Assembly (NCBI RefSeq): GCF_963676685.1
Contig: NC_092351.1
Location: forward strand, 26,288,001-26,352,000
DNA length: 64,000 bases
Direction: 5' to 3'
Source of the DNA: Mytilus edulis
Taxonomy: Eukaryota
Shown here: one piece after another, positions 37,251 to 52,730 of the stretch
Layout: every line of letters starts with the position of its first letter
Numbering within the stretch: position 1 is the first letter of the stretch
Translations under genes and position numbers: made by a program
The notes under the pieces: generated by a model
Databases searched by the model: none
Told to the model about the DNA's origin: nothing
The model's input: the letters and a program-made list of their open reading frames with translations, nothing else

Positions 37251-40200
37251 CTAACAACATGCATGATGCCATTAAATGTAATGGTTATCCAGAATTTATC
37301 AATTTTTACCTTAAAATCATGTTAATTTGCTGAAATACCCCCTTCTTTTAATCATTAAAAGCCATTAACCATGCATAATATACCACAGTGTTAAAACGAT
37401 ACACCCCGTTTGGTTAACACCCTCAAGACTGTTTCTAATACAAAATAAGTTCAACAATGCAGTGATACCCTACAATCCAATATAATTTTAATAACTGTTT
37501 AAAATATCTCGAAAGCAAACATTCCAGATTGACATCAAGGATTTTGGAAAGGGGTGGAGGGTGCAAAATTAGACAAAGTTTGGAGTGTAACATTAAATTA
37601 TTCTTCTTCTCTAAATGTAAAGATATGCACTCTAAGAAAAAGAACCAGATCATATGGTAGTGAAAGATTTTTTTATCACATATTCCAATAAGACATAACA
37701 GAAAACCAATCCATACAAAAGATCAAAGGTCTAGCTACAGCACCAAACATTTCTCTTTTTTATTTCGTGCATACAGTCATAAATCATAACTTAGGAAATA
37801 TGTCTCATCCCTCATCTCAAGATATTTTACATTTTCATCTTTCTTATAACTATAAAGAATCCTTACCAGAAGTGAGGCATGATCTCCATCATTTAACACA
37901 TGAGTTAATCATAACAAGCCATTACAAAAGATGTGTATTGGTAGTTAGTCATAATAATATCTATTAATTTTGATTGGTAATTGGTGTATAATTGGAAAGT
38001 TCTGCCATATTATGGATCTTCTATAATGGATAAGCATGGGGCATTATCAGGCGATCAAACGAATAAAGATCAAGTTCTAATTTTGTTGTATACATACATG
38101 TAATAGATTATTAATCCTGACAATCTAAACAGGGGGTGTTTATAGGGATACTGTTTACTAGTAGCAGAAAATATAATGTATATAAATTCAAAAATAATGT
38201 AAAAGTTACAAACACCCAAATGCTGCTAGATTATAGAAATAAGGTTACTTCAACATACTTCATATGTAGCAGTACTAAAATACACAGACGTCCAAATGGT
38301 ATGGGAATGTTAAACTCTAATGCCCTAGGTTTGGACAGTGTCATAATCAGTGTGAAAGAAACTCTTGCAACAATTCCTCTTTAAAGGGTCTATAGATGGT
38401 TTGTTTTGAGTCAAAACTTTCCCCCTTATTAAGCAATGTAACATACCATATTTATTGTTAGTTCCAATCCAAATAGTCCCACCAGCATCCCAGTGACAAC
38501 CTAATTTACTGAACTCATCTGTTTGTTAATAAATTTTCTTAGTCCTGACTATGCATGAAATAGGAAATTTAATTGTTTATATTTTATCTTACTTTAATAA
38601 CACGAAAGTATGAAACATATATATATAAATACAGGATGAGATTGAAAGTCATGTGTGTGGTCATGATGAAAGGACTACAGTACAGGATCCCTACAAGGAC
38701 TATTTTTTCAAAAGTATTAAAATGAGATTTTTTACTAAATCAAATATAAATCTCTTTGTAGTATGCCACATAAACTTTTATACCGCTGGATAAAAAAGCA
38801 CGATCTATATTTTTTATGTTAATGGTTATATAATTTATAATTTAAATAAGATAGAAAATGTAGATGTTTACAAACAACAACGAACACAAGTATTTAATCA
38901 AGTGAGGTTATTTACAACATTTAATAGATGTTTTACTATATGTAATATGAGGTCAGTTCAATCTAGTGTTAAGGTAAAATACTAACTGTACCTGTAAGAT
39001 CAAAGTGATTGTCACCTGAACTAGGTATATATCTAATTAATGATAGAAGGTACCAGTTAAAAGGTTAGCATGCATCCTGTTGGTATACATTTGATTACAT
39101 TACTTCTAATTCCTTATTTTGTTTATGATTTATTCGCTCTTATTTCTATGTTTTTGACAAATAAAAACTATTAAAATCTGTGTCTTCTAACATAAACTTT
39201 ACACTTTCGACCAGCCCAGAGGAAAAATATAAATTGATGAAATGTTTCAATAAAATCACGGTATCCAGAAGGTATTTGTTCTTTAATGTATGAAATCAAG
39301 AATTTGTCAAGTTATACATGGTACATTTTATGAAAATTTTCTTAACCTGAAATTAAATATTATAAATTGCCACCTGAATATGACCTCATTGCTCCATGGT
39401 TTATATACAAGACTGAAACTCAATGAAGTTTTTTTTACATACTGATACTTGCAAACATAATAAAATATAAAAAGTCTTTTTGGTTTTTCTTTATAATTTT
39501 TCCAGGGGGGGGGGGGGGGGGGGGGGGGGTTACATTTTTTTTGGTACCTGAAATATTTGTTATATGATTTGAAAAAGCAGGAGCTATAATTGGACACTAC
39601 CTACTTCTGGACTGCTAACTATTTAATTGTGAATTTCTCCTTTTCTTCTTTTGATAAATTAACATTGTGTCCTGTCACAATCCAGAAAAAGAAATTAATT
39701 TTGGACCAAACTAAGTTTAAAACTTTAAATAATTTCATTGACTTACCCCCTTTGAAAGGACCCGTAGAATGATGTGCTACAAACCCAAATCCTATATGCT
39801 TAAGTGAATTTAAAATCAATTTTGACTTCTGTAAAATAAATTATTTCTTTTACAGTATTCAAATGTTCAATAAAATGAAAGTAACATACTTTAACATCAT
39901 TGAATACATAACAATAAAAACACCATAATAGATATAAAATCATTCTAAGTGTCACATACTGGTACAATGTAGTCATTTTGGCCAGCTGATTACTAGTGAC
40001 TTTAGTAAAGATGAAACATATATATATATACAGTAACCCCAAAGTGTACAATTGATATTACTTTTAACTAATAAGCAATCTGCAATGGAATAATCTTAAA
40101 AAGAGGAATCCAGTTAACTGTACTGTGTATAGCATTTGTCACTATAAGTATAAGCTGACAACTAATTCCTGCTGTGTGATGTTATATACATGTTAGCTTT

Positions 40201-41269
40201 CTGTTTTGCTTTTTCCAATCATATTGTGTTGTAAAATGATGCCCTTTATGCATTCTTGATTAGATTAATAAAAATTCTTATCTTCTTATCTTATACCAGT
40301 AAATAACTGATTGTGCACCAATCAATACCTATCAGTAGCCAGTGTTAGGGATACATTTACATTTTTATGCATTATGTTGTGAGAATATCTTTTAAATTAG
40401 TATGACAATTTTAGATGATACTCAAAAACTGGATACAGCTGGTTATACGTGTATCTTATATGAAATAGTCAATAGTCAAATAGTCTTAGAACAAACAAGA
40501 CAATATTTTTTTAATTTAATTTCAATCACCAAATATTTCTGTTAAAAATAATCTTTGTTGATAATTATCTAAAATTTTTTTACAAAAATCAATGTATGGT
40601 ATGCTTACCTTGACAATCTATCAATATATAAAGGTATTGATGTTGTAACACCTGCCTCTCACCTGACATTTTTACCTGGCTATAAAAAATCTGATGTCCC
40701 AATCAAAATAATAATTTGTATGTAATGATGTCAATTTCATGAGCTAGAAAACAATTAGGAGGTGGGTCACAATTCATTGATGTGACTATTTTATGTTTAA
40801 TTAAATACTTAAGTGAAAGATAGTTCAGGTTAATGTCTTATAAGATTGACAAACATTACTTTGTTAAGACTACATAAATGCAATCAATGCATCATTTACA
40901 TAGATCTTTTCATGTAAGCTTAAAAGTATTGACTTTAAATAGCCAGGAATTTCCAAGGGGGGGTTCGTTGGACTCATGAACTCGACTTTAACAGTCACAA
41001 TTTGAACAAAACGTTGACTTTAACAGTGCTTATTTGAACCCCCCCCCCCCCTGGCTACGGGTATAATTAAATGAAGTGACTTGAGAGTTTAATATGACAA
41101 ACTTATCATTGGAGAGTTATGTTTAAAATTTTAATCTTTTCTTCAACACAGTTATGAAAAAGGCTGTCTTCTGAATCCTAGATTCTATGCACAATCAATT
41201 GAGGGGTAAAGTGTTTTTACTGGGACCAATTGAACCTTCCTAAGCTAAAAATACACAGGGAACAGAAGG

Positions 41270-41705
41270 AATACTTACAAAAGGAGGGAACAATTACATC
41301 ATTGAGGGAACACTTATTGCAGAGGGGAGACTTACATCATAGCAGGAACATTTACAGCATGGAGGGAACACTTACAATATGATGGAAACACATACAGCAT
41401 AGAGGGAACATGTACAGCATGGAGGGAACACTTATTGCAAAGGGAACTTTTACAGTATGATGGAAACACATACAGCATAGAGGGAACACTTACAGTATAA
41501 TGGGAACACTTACAGTATAATGGGAACACTTACAGTATGATGGAAACACATTCAGCATAGAGGGAACACTTGTAGCATGGAGGGAACACTTACAGTATGA
41601 TGGAAACACATACAGCATGGAGGGAACACTAACAGTATGATAGAAACACATTCAGCATAGAGGGAACACTTGTAGCATTGAGGGAACACTTACAGCATGG
41701 AGAGA
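41270..41705. repeat. ~20-bp minisatellite (GGGAACACTTACAGCATGGA variants)
   Basis: Direct tandem periodicity. Confidence 0.92.
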
Positions 41706-43167
41706 AAATTTACATATAGTTTAATAATTTCTATCAATTCTCCATCAGTTAAATAAATCATTGGTTGAGAATCATATCAAGTCTAAGACCGTTTTGTGCA
41801 CAGACCTTACAAACTTACCAATCGTGTGCATAAAAAAACAAAATTTGTATTTAAACTAAGGAAATACTATTATCTATGTTAAGTTTTCTCATCAATGACA
41901 AGAGTATCACGCTACCGTAAACCTGGTGTTCCAACTATCTTGAGACAGTACAAAAATTACTCTCAATGCAGTCATGTAGCAGAACTGATATTATTCTGGC
42001 AGAGAAAAACAAGAGTGCACATGCTGAAATGTCTCGCCTTCTTTACTTATCATTGATATTATATTGATACTAAAATATAAAGCGATTAAGAAGTTAGCTA
42101 ACGCTGCCTCCACCGCTGCTGCCATATCACTATCCCTTTGTCGAGCTCTCTGCTACATAATTCGCAGGCTCTACAAAATTCAATTACAAATATCCCCCCT
42201 AACATTATTTTTACGCTTTCAAAGTTACATTGAAATTTTGAGGTGGCCTATCATTTGATTTTGAAAGTCATGTTCCTCTTTGGTAAATATTCAATGGTTA
42301 TTTTTTCTAACCACATTAGAAATTTAACTTGTTAGTTATGTCAAGTATTTTGAGTCTTTTTTATTTTACAATGTTCACAATCAAATATCAACTGATCTCA
42401 TTTAAATAGACAGCCATATGCGTAAAACTATGAATGGAATTACAGCTACTGTGAAATATCCTAGGTAAGTAAAATATGACCAAATGATAACATTCTATAT
42501 ATGAATGAAAGCTCAATCATTTTACGGATATTGATGAAACTAGGCCAGACACTGAAGATAAACAATAAAGAATGCTTTAATAATTGACAACTAATAAGGG
42601 ATAAGCATTTCCAATATGTATACATGGTCCGCCTGATATGTTTGCCTCCATTCATCATATATAAAAACTTGAGGCCACGTTAACATTTATGTTATAGTAG
42701 TCTCAGAGAATACAGGTTTTTCCCTTCGAAAGCCAGTTCAAATCAGAGCAGTTTATGTACAGACATATATATATACACATTGCAAAATTTAACACCATGC
42801 AACAAACTGAAAATTCCTTTAAAAAGTCACACAAGAAAAATAAATTATTTTATTTATATCTCAACTAAAATTTACTTCATTTATTAGATTACAAAGTTCA
42901 TAAAAAATATGAATTTGCAATAATTCTCTTCATGTCCTCCTAGGTTTCTTCAATGCCCCCCCCCCTCAATAATATAAATCTTCTGTCTTTGTGTATTTTT
43001 TAAAGCCAGTCATACCTATAAATTTAAATTTACAAAATATATTATCGCATCTGTCACTGACTTGTCTGTTTAGATAGTATTTCATTTGCATCTATTCATT
43101 TCTTATCAGCATCTTATCAAATATAATCAGGGCTTGTGAATGTCAGTTTGCTACCAGTTTCCTTACA

Positions 43168-43317
43168 CAGGGGCGGATCCAGCCATTTTAAAAAGGGGGG
43201 GTTCCCAACCCAGAGTAAAGGGGGGGTTCCAGCTATATGCTCCCATTCAAATGCATTGATCGGCCAAAAAAAGGGGGGGTTCCAACCCCCGGAACCCCCC
43301 CTCTGGATCCGTGCCTG
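43168..43317. mobile_element. hAT-like MITE, 6-bp TSD subfamily
   Basis: CAGGGGCGGATCCAG ... CTGGATCCGTGCCTG; flanks CTTACA/ATTACA; near reverse complement of 49168-49321. Confidence 0.8.
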
Positions 43318-46300
43318 ATTACACATATTTATTGTATTATCAATAATGCATTAGATATAAGTAGTTTCATTTCTTTTTCAGTGGCACACATTAAATTCTA
43401 ATGCTTCTAATTTTGAGACTGTTTTATCACCTGAATGTTGAATGTGTAGTAAATGAAAAAATAAAATAAAATAAAACTCTGAAACCTTCACATAATATTT
43501 ATGCATGGTCCTGTCTGAAATTTAAAAAAAATTGCATGGTGTTTTATAAGGCCACTACAAACAAAGAAACTTTAAAAACTGTATTCAGTATAGTTTAAGC
43601 ATTAAATAATAATACAGCTTTCCCATAAACTACTATAAGCCTAGCTGGTTTGTCCTTGTGTTTAATTCCAATAAATCAGCTAGCAGACAAACAAACATTG
43701 TGCAAGAGGTTGTAATGAAATATGCCATTTGCAACCATGTATTAAAGCCCCAAAATTGGCCATTTCAGAATCTAAAGTATCATGGGTAATTTCATTATTC
43801 GTACCCCAAAATGAAAATAACGTCACAGCATTGGTTAAATTTCCATTGTTTATGAAATTTTTAACCAATCAGGACGTTTTGGTGTACACTTTTGAAAATA
43901 TTACCCAGGATGCATTTGATTCTGAAACAGTGAATTGAAATAGAAATCTATTTAGAGCAGCAATACTAGAAAACATATTGACATGCATGGGACTTTTATA
44001 CACTGCTTATCCTTATGGAGGAATTCAGTTGTGAATCAAGGGTTAAGGGTTAGGACAGGCATAAGTGAAAATCTTACACAATTTGGCTATTTTCAATCCA
44101 AAAGGGACATAACTCTGAAACGTGAAACATTATAAGTAAAACATTTACCAAATTTCAAAAGGTTTGGTAGAGGCTTAATGAAGATACTGTCTGGAAGTCA
44201 AACATTTGTCTTTATATTTTCAGTTGTCCAAGGTGCTGAACTCAGAAAAGACAAACATGAACTTGGACAATTTAGTATTGGATCTGCAAGTGGTGTCTAT
44301 CAATATTCCAATTTTAGATAGTTTAGTAGAGACTTTAAAGTCATTGTTTGAATATATCTGATAAACTAGCAAGTGCACACACAACAGAAACAAAAGATAT
44401 CGAATAAAAGGAAAAAAGGAAAAAAGGAGTTTATTTTTGAGTGGTACATGTAGTAAAAATCACTCTCTACCAAAAAAAAAGCTTGAACTTAAACCACTTA
44501 AGCGTAATATCTGGGTTAATATCTCTTCCATTAATTTCAATTTTGCTATACATTAGTGACGTTTAAAATGATTCAAATTTTTACCCTTCCACTCCTTCAT
44601 CAGGAAATGAGTAGTTATTATCAAATTTTCTCTGTGTATCAATTATCATCATGACTATAAGCTGCCTTAAAACAGTACTTAATATTATATAATTAGAACA
44701 GGAAATCGGTAGTTATTTAAGCTATTAATGTATACAATTCTCCTCTAGTCACATAAATCATAAGGGGACTTGAAATAAACACGACTTTTCATTTCTGGTT
44801 GACATTCATAAAACATTCATGTATCAATATATAGACACAAATTGAAAGAGGATAAATTACTGCTACATTTTAAAATATCAGTTTTCAAATTACTTAAACA
44901 CTGATATTATTGATTTATTTTACCATAATCTTCATCAATAGCAATTACTAGATAGATTATCAGGATTAACCTTAATATTTTGTTGTTGTTCACAAAAACA
45001 TTTAACATCCAGATAATGATTGAATAAGATGTCTTTAATCAAGCTTTTTCTGTATGCAGGTGCAGTGATTCAAGTTATTCTCATCAGAGAAAAACTGAAC
45101 TTTTTTTCTATCAAGAATGAGAATCAGAACCTTTAATCAAAGTTGACATATCCTTTTCCTCCTCAGCAATACTGATAAGTATTGTGGTTGACTGCATGCA
45201 TGTTAGTGGCAGATCCACAAATTTTGATAAGGCCCACTGACTGCCTAAGAGGGGGGACAGTCGATTGTCATGCTTCACTGAACTCCTATATAAACCACAA
45301 AAAAATTCCCACAAAAAGAGGGAGCAGGCACCCTGGCCCCCTCTAAATTCGCCTTTGTGTGTTATTCTGTAAAAACACAACAATTGATCCTTTACAATTC
45401 CAAAACACCACATATGTATGGCCTTCTTCACAGATTTTTGGTCCATTTTAGGTTGATGTCAGTAATAAGAAGTCTCTGTAGAATTCACTTACCGGTACAT
45501 CTTTTCTAGGCTACATTTATAAGACCTTTTAGCGAACATTATATAATTTATGAAGGGTTTGTGGGTATATACATGAATGACACGATAGCCAACCATGACC
45601 ACAACTAACAATAAAATCATCTAGAGGGGTCAAGAACACATATATTCTTGAAGGCTGTAAGATAATCCATTGAGGCCATTTTTCTTAAAACATGTTTCCA
45701 TAACCTTTAAACTTTTATAGATAGTTGTCTCATTGGCAAATTATACCACATGTCCTTATTTTTCTTCTTACAGATTCATACTAGAAATCATAAATATCAT
45801 GATAGCAATTATGCTTTCCAAAATTATATAATTACTTTAACACATTGCACCAATATTTGTGAATTAAAAAAGGAAAAAAGTTTGGTTGCTTTGATTTTGT
45901 GATGTTTAGATAACAGAACATTTCTGCATGCAACACATCAAAAGAATATAACATGGTTTGGAATATCAGTTAAAACTTTTTAATTCCAGATTTCTCAGCC
46001 AAATACATAGTTTAAAAAAAATCAAATTTATTATGTAGTAAATAATTAGTAAGCTATTAATGGCTTTTCTACTTTTACTCTTTCTTTTGACAAGCCCTTT
46101 TCTTAATACTTAAATGGGTGTTGCTTGATTAATGTCCAGTGGCAATTATCACATGCATATTGAGGACAAGAAACAATCTACAGTTAATACAATAGCTAGT
46201 TACAGCTGTGTGGGGTCACAGGGATAAAAGAGAAAAAATAGAACTACCTTATAATGGAAATCAGTGGGCTGTAGGATGGGGACATCCATATATGGATCAC

Positions 46301-49167
46301 TTAAAGAGTTGTTGCAAGGGTTATTTTACATGGAGATTAATTGATTAATGGATTGGTGTTTAATGCTATTTACAGCACTATTAGCTACTCTGTGGCAGTC
46401 AGTTTTACATGCAGAGGTTGTTATAAAAAAAAGTCAGTATACATGTATCTTCATTATGCTATGATTAGGAGCTCTCATTATCAATTCTTGTATCAACGCT
46501 AAAGTTAAAAGTGGTATTACTGTGGATTCAATTATTTTCATGGTTACCAATTTTTGTGGATGGCAGAAACCTTGCATTTTCGTTGATATTTGATTTCATG
46601 GTTCTGCCAAAGTCTAGATACAACTTTATAAAAATATGTAATTTGTTGAACATTTAAATTCGTGGTTGGCCTGTACACACGAAACCCACGAAAATTGGTA
46701 TCCAACGAATAATAATAATGATTCCACAGTAACTAAATTTGTAGGATTTAAAATTCTTTGGAAGTCAATAATAATGAGTTTCTTTCTGTTTAAGTTTGCT
46801 TTTATTTACAGTAACAGTTGAGATTTCTCTAATCTGTATTATATACTTCAACATAAATCATTTCTTTTTTCTTTTAAATATATCTAGATCTGTTGTGATC
46901 ATACCCCTCTCTACTTTCAGATTTGTTTATTCACAGTTAATATCAAACGTCATGCGACCATACAAAACACTTATACATCATTACATGTATATATTATTCT
47001 CCTTTTATTGAAAATACATAGTTTTCAAATTTTCATCACTAAAAAGCTTTTATAATTATCTAGCAGTAGCTAGAATAGTTTCTACTTTCATAGATAATTA
47101 AGTCAAGGGATTTGTTGGTGAAGTATGATCCAAGTTGCATGAATTGAAAAAAAAGTGTATTTTATCCCATTTTTTCTTGGGTCTCTAGATATTGTTAGGT
47201 AGCTGCCTTATTGAAATTTATATACTACAGATCTCCTTTGACTAATTGTATTGTGTAATTTCATGTCCATCATTTGATGAAAACCATCAACATTCCTGCC
47301 TCAACACAATAAACAGCTGAAAAATGATTAGCAATATGAGGCAACACATTTGAAGTGTGTACAAATTGTTGTCCTTGGGAGTACAGCAGACTCTCTTATG
47401 TAACAAATCAATACCATCCCCACAACTCAATGAGTCATCATTAACAACTGTTCTTCAATCAAGACATGAGAGCCAAACACACTACAAGGATTTTTTCCAC
47501 TGACATTAAAATCTATCAAGAGACGCTTAAGCCTTTATCAGAAAATAACTGATGATATTTTGTAAAATTTTAAGATCGTTTGTTATGCAAAGATAACACA
47601 GAAAAGTAACAAAGACTATCAAAACGATTCTAAAAAGTTATCCTCTAATTGGTTTTTATCCTGATTACATGTACATGAAGTTTGTTCCAACATTTATCAT
47701 TGGAATGCAGTGATGCTTCTAATTTTTCAGAGCAATAAACTTATATATATTATATAATGTGATGTTTACTTGGTGGTTTCCAATAGAAACAGAAAAAATT
47801 TCAGACTTAGACGTCTGTATGGTAGAAATATACCCAAAACAAAGAAAAAGTTCCAAATACTTGCACATTAATATTTAATACAATGATTGATTATAATAAT
47901 AATCTAAAAGAGTACATTTTTAAGCAATTTAAGAACTTGTCTTTATTTTGTTTTAATTTATGCTTAAAATTCTTTTTTTTGTTGTTGTAAATTTATCCTT
48001 ATCTTTTAAAAGTGCTATGCATTTCAATTTTCAGTTAATACATTTGTACCAGTATATATATTAAAATCCATAATTCTTATATTCATAAATTATATTATAA
48101 TAATTACTGTACAAAACTAATAGATATTAAATTGATGTACTTGCACTAGATTAATTAACATAAAATCACTAACCTTTTAGCTAAAAATCCCATCAAATAC
48201 ACAGCCTTAATACATAAACGATACAATCACTTTCTACTTCCAAACAAACAAACAAAAAACAACCTATAGAAAATACAAGTTATCTGTTGATATTCTTTGT
48301 GTGTTTAGGCACTAGCATCAAACGCATAGTGATTAATACACACAAAATTCTATGTTGTTCAACTCAAAAATCATGCTGTGTAAATTTTAATAACTTTCCC
48401 AGCTTCAACAGACATCCTCCATATAAAAATGTACTTATACAAATGAAAAACATCTGTTACTCAAAGTTTTTAATGAGTGAATATTAAAATTATGTGTGAT
48501 AATACACGACAAATGTAATTGATGTATACATTAGCTACTACAGTTTCTGAAACATTTAAAACATGTGATTTTAAATTTAACATGACAATCTTTATCCTCT
48601 TTATAAGAAATATCAAGAGGCCTACATCATGTCATAATGAAATTGATTAGTGGTAGTATACTATAACTGATTGCTTACAATAACTTATCACTTCAAGATG
48701 CAGGATTTGTTGAAAGTTTGTCACCAACTTTTGATATTTTTTTACCTGAGAAAATAATATAGAAATTCACATGTTGTAAAGGATGCTTGTGAAATTGTTA
48801 CAATTTTGATTGTAAATTAATCTTTTGTACTCATTCAATCAAAGTATGTCAAACTATGAAAATAATAAGGGATTATAGCAGACATCACAAGTGTATAACT
48901 TTTCTCTTAATCAATTTTTAGTGAGTAAGCATCAGGCTATAACTTAATCAGTGGTGGATTCAGGGGAGGGTTTCAGGGTTATAACCCCCCTCTTTTTTTA
49001 TTACAATTAATGCATTTGAATGGTCTGGGCATACAGTTGAACATGCACCAGTCCCACTTTTTGAAAATTGCTGGATCCCTCCCGTTAATAAATCTTCTCG
49101 ATGTGTTTCAGGAGACAAAAGTATCACATGTGGATCAGGATCTGCTAACCCTTCGAGAGCATCTGAG

Positions 49168-49321
49168 CAGTGGCGGATCCAGGGGGGGGGGGGGTTCCGG
49201 GGGTTGGAACCCCCCCTTTTTATTGGACGATCAATGCATTTGAATGGGAGCATATAGTTGGAACCCCCCTTTACTCTGGGTTGGGAACCCCCCCTTTTTA
49301 AAATGGCTGGATCCGCCACTG
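49168..49321. mobile_element. Young hAT-like MITE with perfect 15-bp TIR and 6-bp TSD
   Basis: CAGTGGCGGATCCAG / CTGGATCCGCCACTG flanked by TCTGAG; inserted in a retroelement-tail fragment; an older copy lies at ~48950-49080. Confidence 0.9.
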
Positions 49322-49759
49322 TCTGAGATCACCCATCCCCTATTCTTATTTCAGCCTTTAAAGAGTTCCTTAGTGCTCAGCTTCTTCTAGTGAACAATGA
49401 ACTGTCATTTCATACTGTTAACCTGAGACTCTTTAGGAATGGTTTAATACTTGATTCATTAGAAAAGATGATTTTAAACTGCAACTTGGAGAAACATATA
49501 AGCAAGCTAGTATTGTGAATGAACAAAGAATTTGGAAAATTATCCATTACAACAAATTGTACCAATCATCAATGAACAATAAACCTCAGCATAATTTTTC
49601 TTGAGCTTTCAACATAGAAACAAAATCTAAGTGACTTCCCGTTTTGTAGACGACAGCTGGATTACATATGTTGCAAATGTAATACATGTAGTCGAAAGAT
49701 CAATATTTACAAATGCAAGGAGAATTGATAATTTACATTTATTAAAGAAATTTATAAGA

Positions 49760-50005
49760 TTGATTGATTTTTTGGTGTTTTAAAACCGCATTTAGGCTAT
49801 TTCATGGTGGCCAGTTTTTATTGTTGGAGGAAGCTGGAGTGCCCAGAGAAAACCTTCAACCTTTGATAGGAAACTGACAATCCTAGTGGATTATGATTAA
49901 AGTGGAGTGCACATGCACAAGAGGGGATCGAACTCACAACCTCAGTGTTGCCTGGCTAGTGATTTCAGTATTAGCTACTAAGACCACTCTGTCACTGAGG
50001 CCCCC
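49760..50005 (-). mobile_element. tRNA-derived SINE
   Basis: Minus strand: A-box-like GTGACAGAGTGG, B box GAGTTCGATCC, (CAAT)n tail; exact 12-bp TSD AAATTTATAAGA (49748-59 / 50006-17); decayed copy at ~62045-62355. Confidence 0.88.
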
Positions 50006-51796
50006 AAATTTATAAGACAAATGGTAATTAAATATATGTTCAAAAGCAAGTCACAAACTACTTAAAGACACATTGGTATTGGAGGTATATCAATGAATGT
50101 GTCTATAAAAATAATTCACAACTTTTTAGACTTGTGGCAATTTAAAGCTTGCACTTATGTCTGCTGTTGAAGACTTATATTTACCTTAAATAAAATGTCT
50201 CTTTGTCTTTGAATTGCATACTCATTGAACCCAGACCTATTTTACTCAAATTAGATATACAAAGCTATTTACTCTGTACAATATGGTTAGGCTCTGTGCT
50301 TATCTTATCCATCAATATACAAAATACTTTAACATGTAAGTGGTACATACAAATTCCAGCCTGCAGTCTGTTACATGTTAAACAGTAACCTCTTATAATC
50401 ACACTGCAATGATACTTGCACGATTGTGAAATCTATAACCATGTGTTTACCGAAAATAAAACATCATTAAAATGTAATCAGTATCTACATCTACATAATT
50501 AGCCTACAGTTACAATGATAGTATCACACTTTAGGTTAGACATATCTCTACTATTCTGTCCTTTCCTTTGATCAGTGTGACCTTGAAAGGTTTATGAGGG
50601 GATTGAAGGGCATGATAGTGTTGGGTTCATCCTGTATTATTTATACCATCTATTTAGTAAACAAATCAAAAAATGTCTAGTTCAGTTTAATAGTGGATTT
50701 TGGAAGCAAATATTTTTAAAATTCCAAATTTCTTCTATACATTTTGTACTTAATTGTCTTTAAACGTAATAATCAGTTGATGATATGACTAAAATAACAA
50801 AATATTCTAATACAAAATACCAAAAGTAAAAAACCTCAATGAAACAAAATTAAAAATTACAGAGAAACACCATGGTTACCTAAGAGTTGTGATCCTTATC
50901 AAGGACGTATAACTAACATAACTAATATACCTCCTTGTCCTTATTGATTTATAATAGAAGAAACAGATTTTTGTGTCACAAATTTGTTTGTACAATAATC
51001 ATGTTCAATGAAGGGGAAATTAAAATGAAAGAATTAAAAAGAATTTGAGTTTATTAATTACTTCAGTAACCTTGACCTTTGAACTAGTAACCTAAAAATC
51101 AATATGCTAAAAATATCTACTGATACCAAACAACCATCTCATTTAAGGCTCAAAATCTGCTGTTTGAAAACAAATTTGTATTTCCTGGTCCAAAATTGTT
51201 TTCTGCTGATGGTATCCTGAACATTGACTTTTGACCTGCTAACCAAACAATCAAAAGGGTCTTGATCTTTCCAAAGTTTATTGTCCAGCTACTTGTAAGT
51301 TTGGTGATGGTGTGACATATAATGCTAAAGATGTCATCTGGCAGTGAAAACCATGTTTTTGCCCCAAGGGAAGTGTACTAATTACTGATGAGACAATAAA
51401 CTTTGGCCCAGTGACCTCTTGATCAATGTTCTTTTCCTCTCATTGGACATTAATAAATCAAGTTGTGAAAAGATGGACATATGGTTTAAAAGATAATCTC
51501 TGCCAACCAAAATTGCAATAAATTTTAATCTTTTAACTGATGTGACCCTAATCTTTATCCTTTTTAATTTAAAATTTACAGGGCATTCCTCATCCTATGG
51601 GTCATTTTTAAACCAAGTTTTGTAAAGGTATTTTTAAGATTCAAAAGATTTTGTGAGAAAAGAAAATGCTGTCAATGTGCTGACATTGTGACATCATTCA
51701 CCAGCAGGCTGAGTGTAGAGTTAACTTGGTGACACCCCAACTAAGCCAAACCTGTGTGAGCACTGAAGAATAAAGACAGCAGTCATTTTACTCTGA

Positions 51797-52730
51797 GAAT
51801 TAAGCATTGGAAGGCAGTACTACTGGTTCATGTATGAGAATTAAGCATTGGAAGGCAGTACTACTGGTACATGTAAGAATTAAGCATTGGAAGGCAGTAC
51901 TACTGGTACATGTAAGAATTAAGCATTGGAAGGCAGTACTACTGATACATGTATGAATGGAGCATTGGAAGGCAGTACTACTGATACATGTATGAATGGA
52001 GCATTGGAAGGCAGTACTACTGATACATGTATGAATGGAGCATTGGAAGGCAGTACTACTGGTACATGTATGAATTAAGCATTGGAAGGCAGTACTACTG
52101 ATACATGTATGAATGGAGCATTGGAAGGCAGTACTACTGGTACATGTATGAATTAAGCATTGGAAGGCAGTACTACTGATACATGTATGAATGGAGCATT
52201 GGAAGGCAGTACTACTGGTACATGTATGAATTAAGCATTGGAAGGCAGTACTACTGATACATGTATGAATGGAGCATTGGAAGGCAGTACTACTGGTACA
52301 TGTATGAATGGAGCATTGGAAGGCAGTACTACTGGTACATGTATGAATTAAGCATTGGAAGGCAGTACTACTGATAAATGTATGAATGAAGCATTGGAAG
52401 GCAGTACTACTGGTACATGTATGAATGAAGCATTGGAAGGCAGTACTACTAGTACTGTCACGGAATAGAAGTTCCTTCATAATATAAGTTCCAAAAGGAA
52501 GAAATATTCTGGAATATTATTTCCACAGGAATAAATATTACAGTATATGTTCCTAACGGAATAAATGGTATAGAATATTTGTTCCAACAGGAATAGGTAT
52601 TATGACATTGTTTATAACAAAGTTTCCAGTGGAACTTCTGTTAGGCGGAACAAATATACGTTGACAGTACATGTATGAATTAAGCATTGGAAGGCAGTAC
52701 TACTGGTACATGTATGAATTAAGCATTGGA
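51797..52730. repeat. 39-bp minisatellite (AAGCATTGGAAGGCAGTACTACTGGTACATGTATGAATT) interrupted by a MITE
   Basis: ~17 near-identical units plus ~2 units after the insertion. Confidence 0.95.
52455..52667. mobile_element. TA-targeting MITE
   Basis: CTGTCA...TGACAG ends, TA duplicated, internal GGAATA repeats; removing it restores an intact 39-bp unit. Confidence 0.85.

Noticed and set aside
39505-39529. Long poly-G tract as a functional G-quadruplex
   Set aside because: Similar G/C runs occur in MITE remnants throughout the window; no specific evidence.
40608-45500. Isolated minus-strand donors (~40608, ~41818, ~45492) as 5' UTR exons
   Set aside because: Splice motifs alone cannot support non-coding exons.
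43117-49319. Gly/Pro-rich short ORFs (GGSGGWNPP)
   Set aside because: Translations of MITEs.
49900-50005. Possible tRNA gene
   Set aside because: A/B boxes belong to a SINE head bounded by a 12-bp TSD; no clean cloverleaf.
51800-52480. 226-aa Cys/Ser repeat ORF; CRISPR-like look
   Set aside because: Translation of a 39-bp minisatellite; no unique spacers, no cas genes, eukaryotic context.
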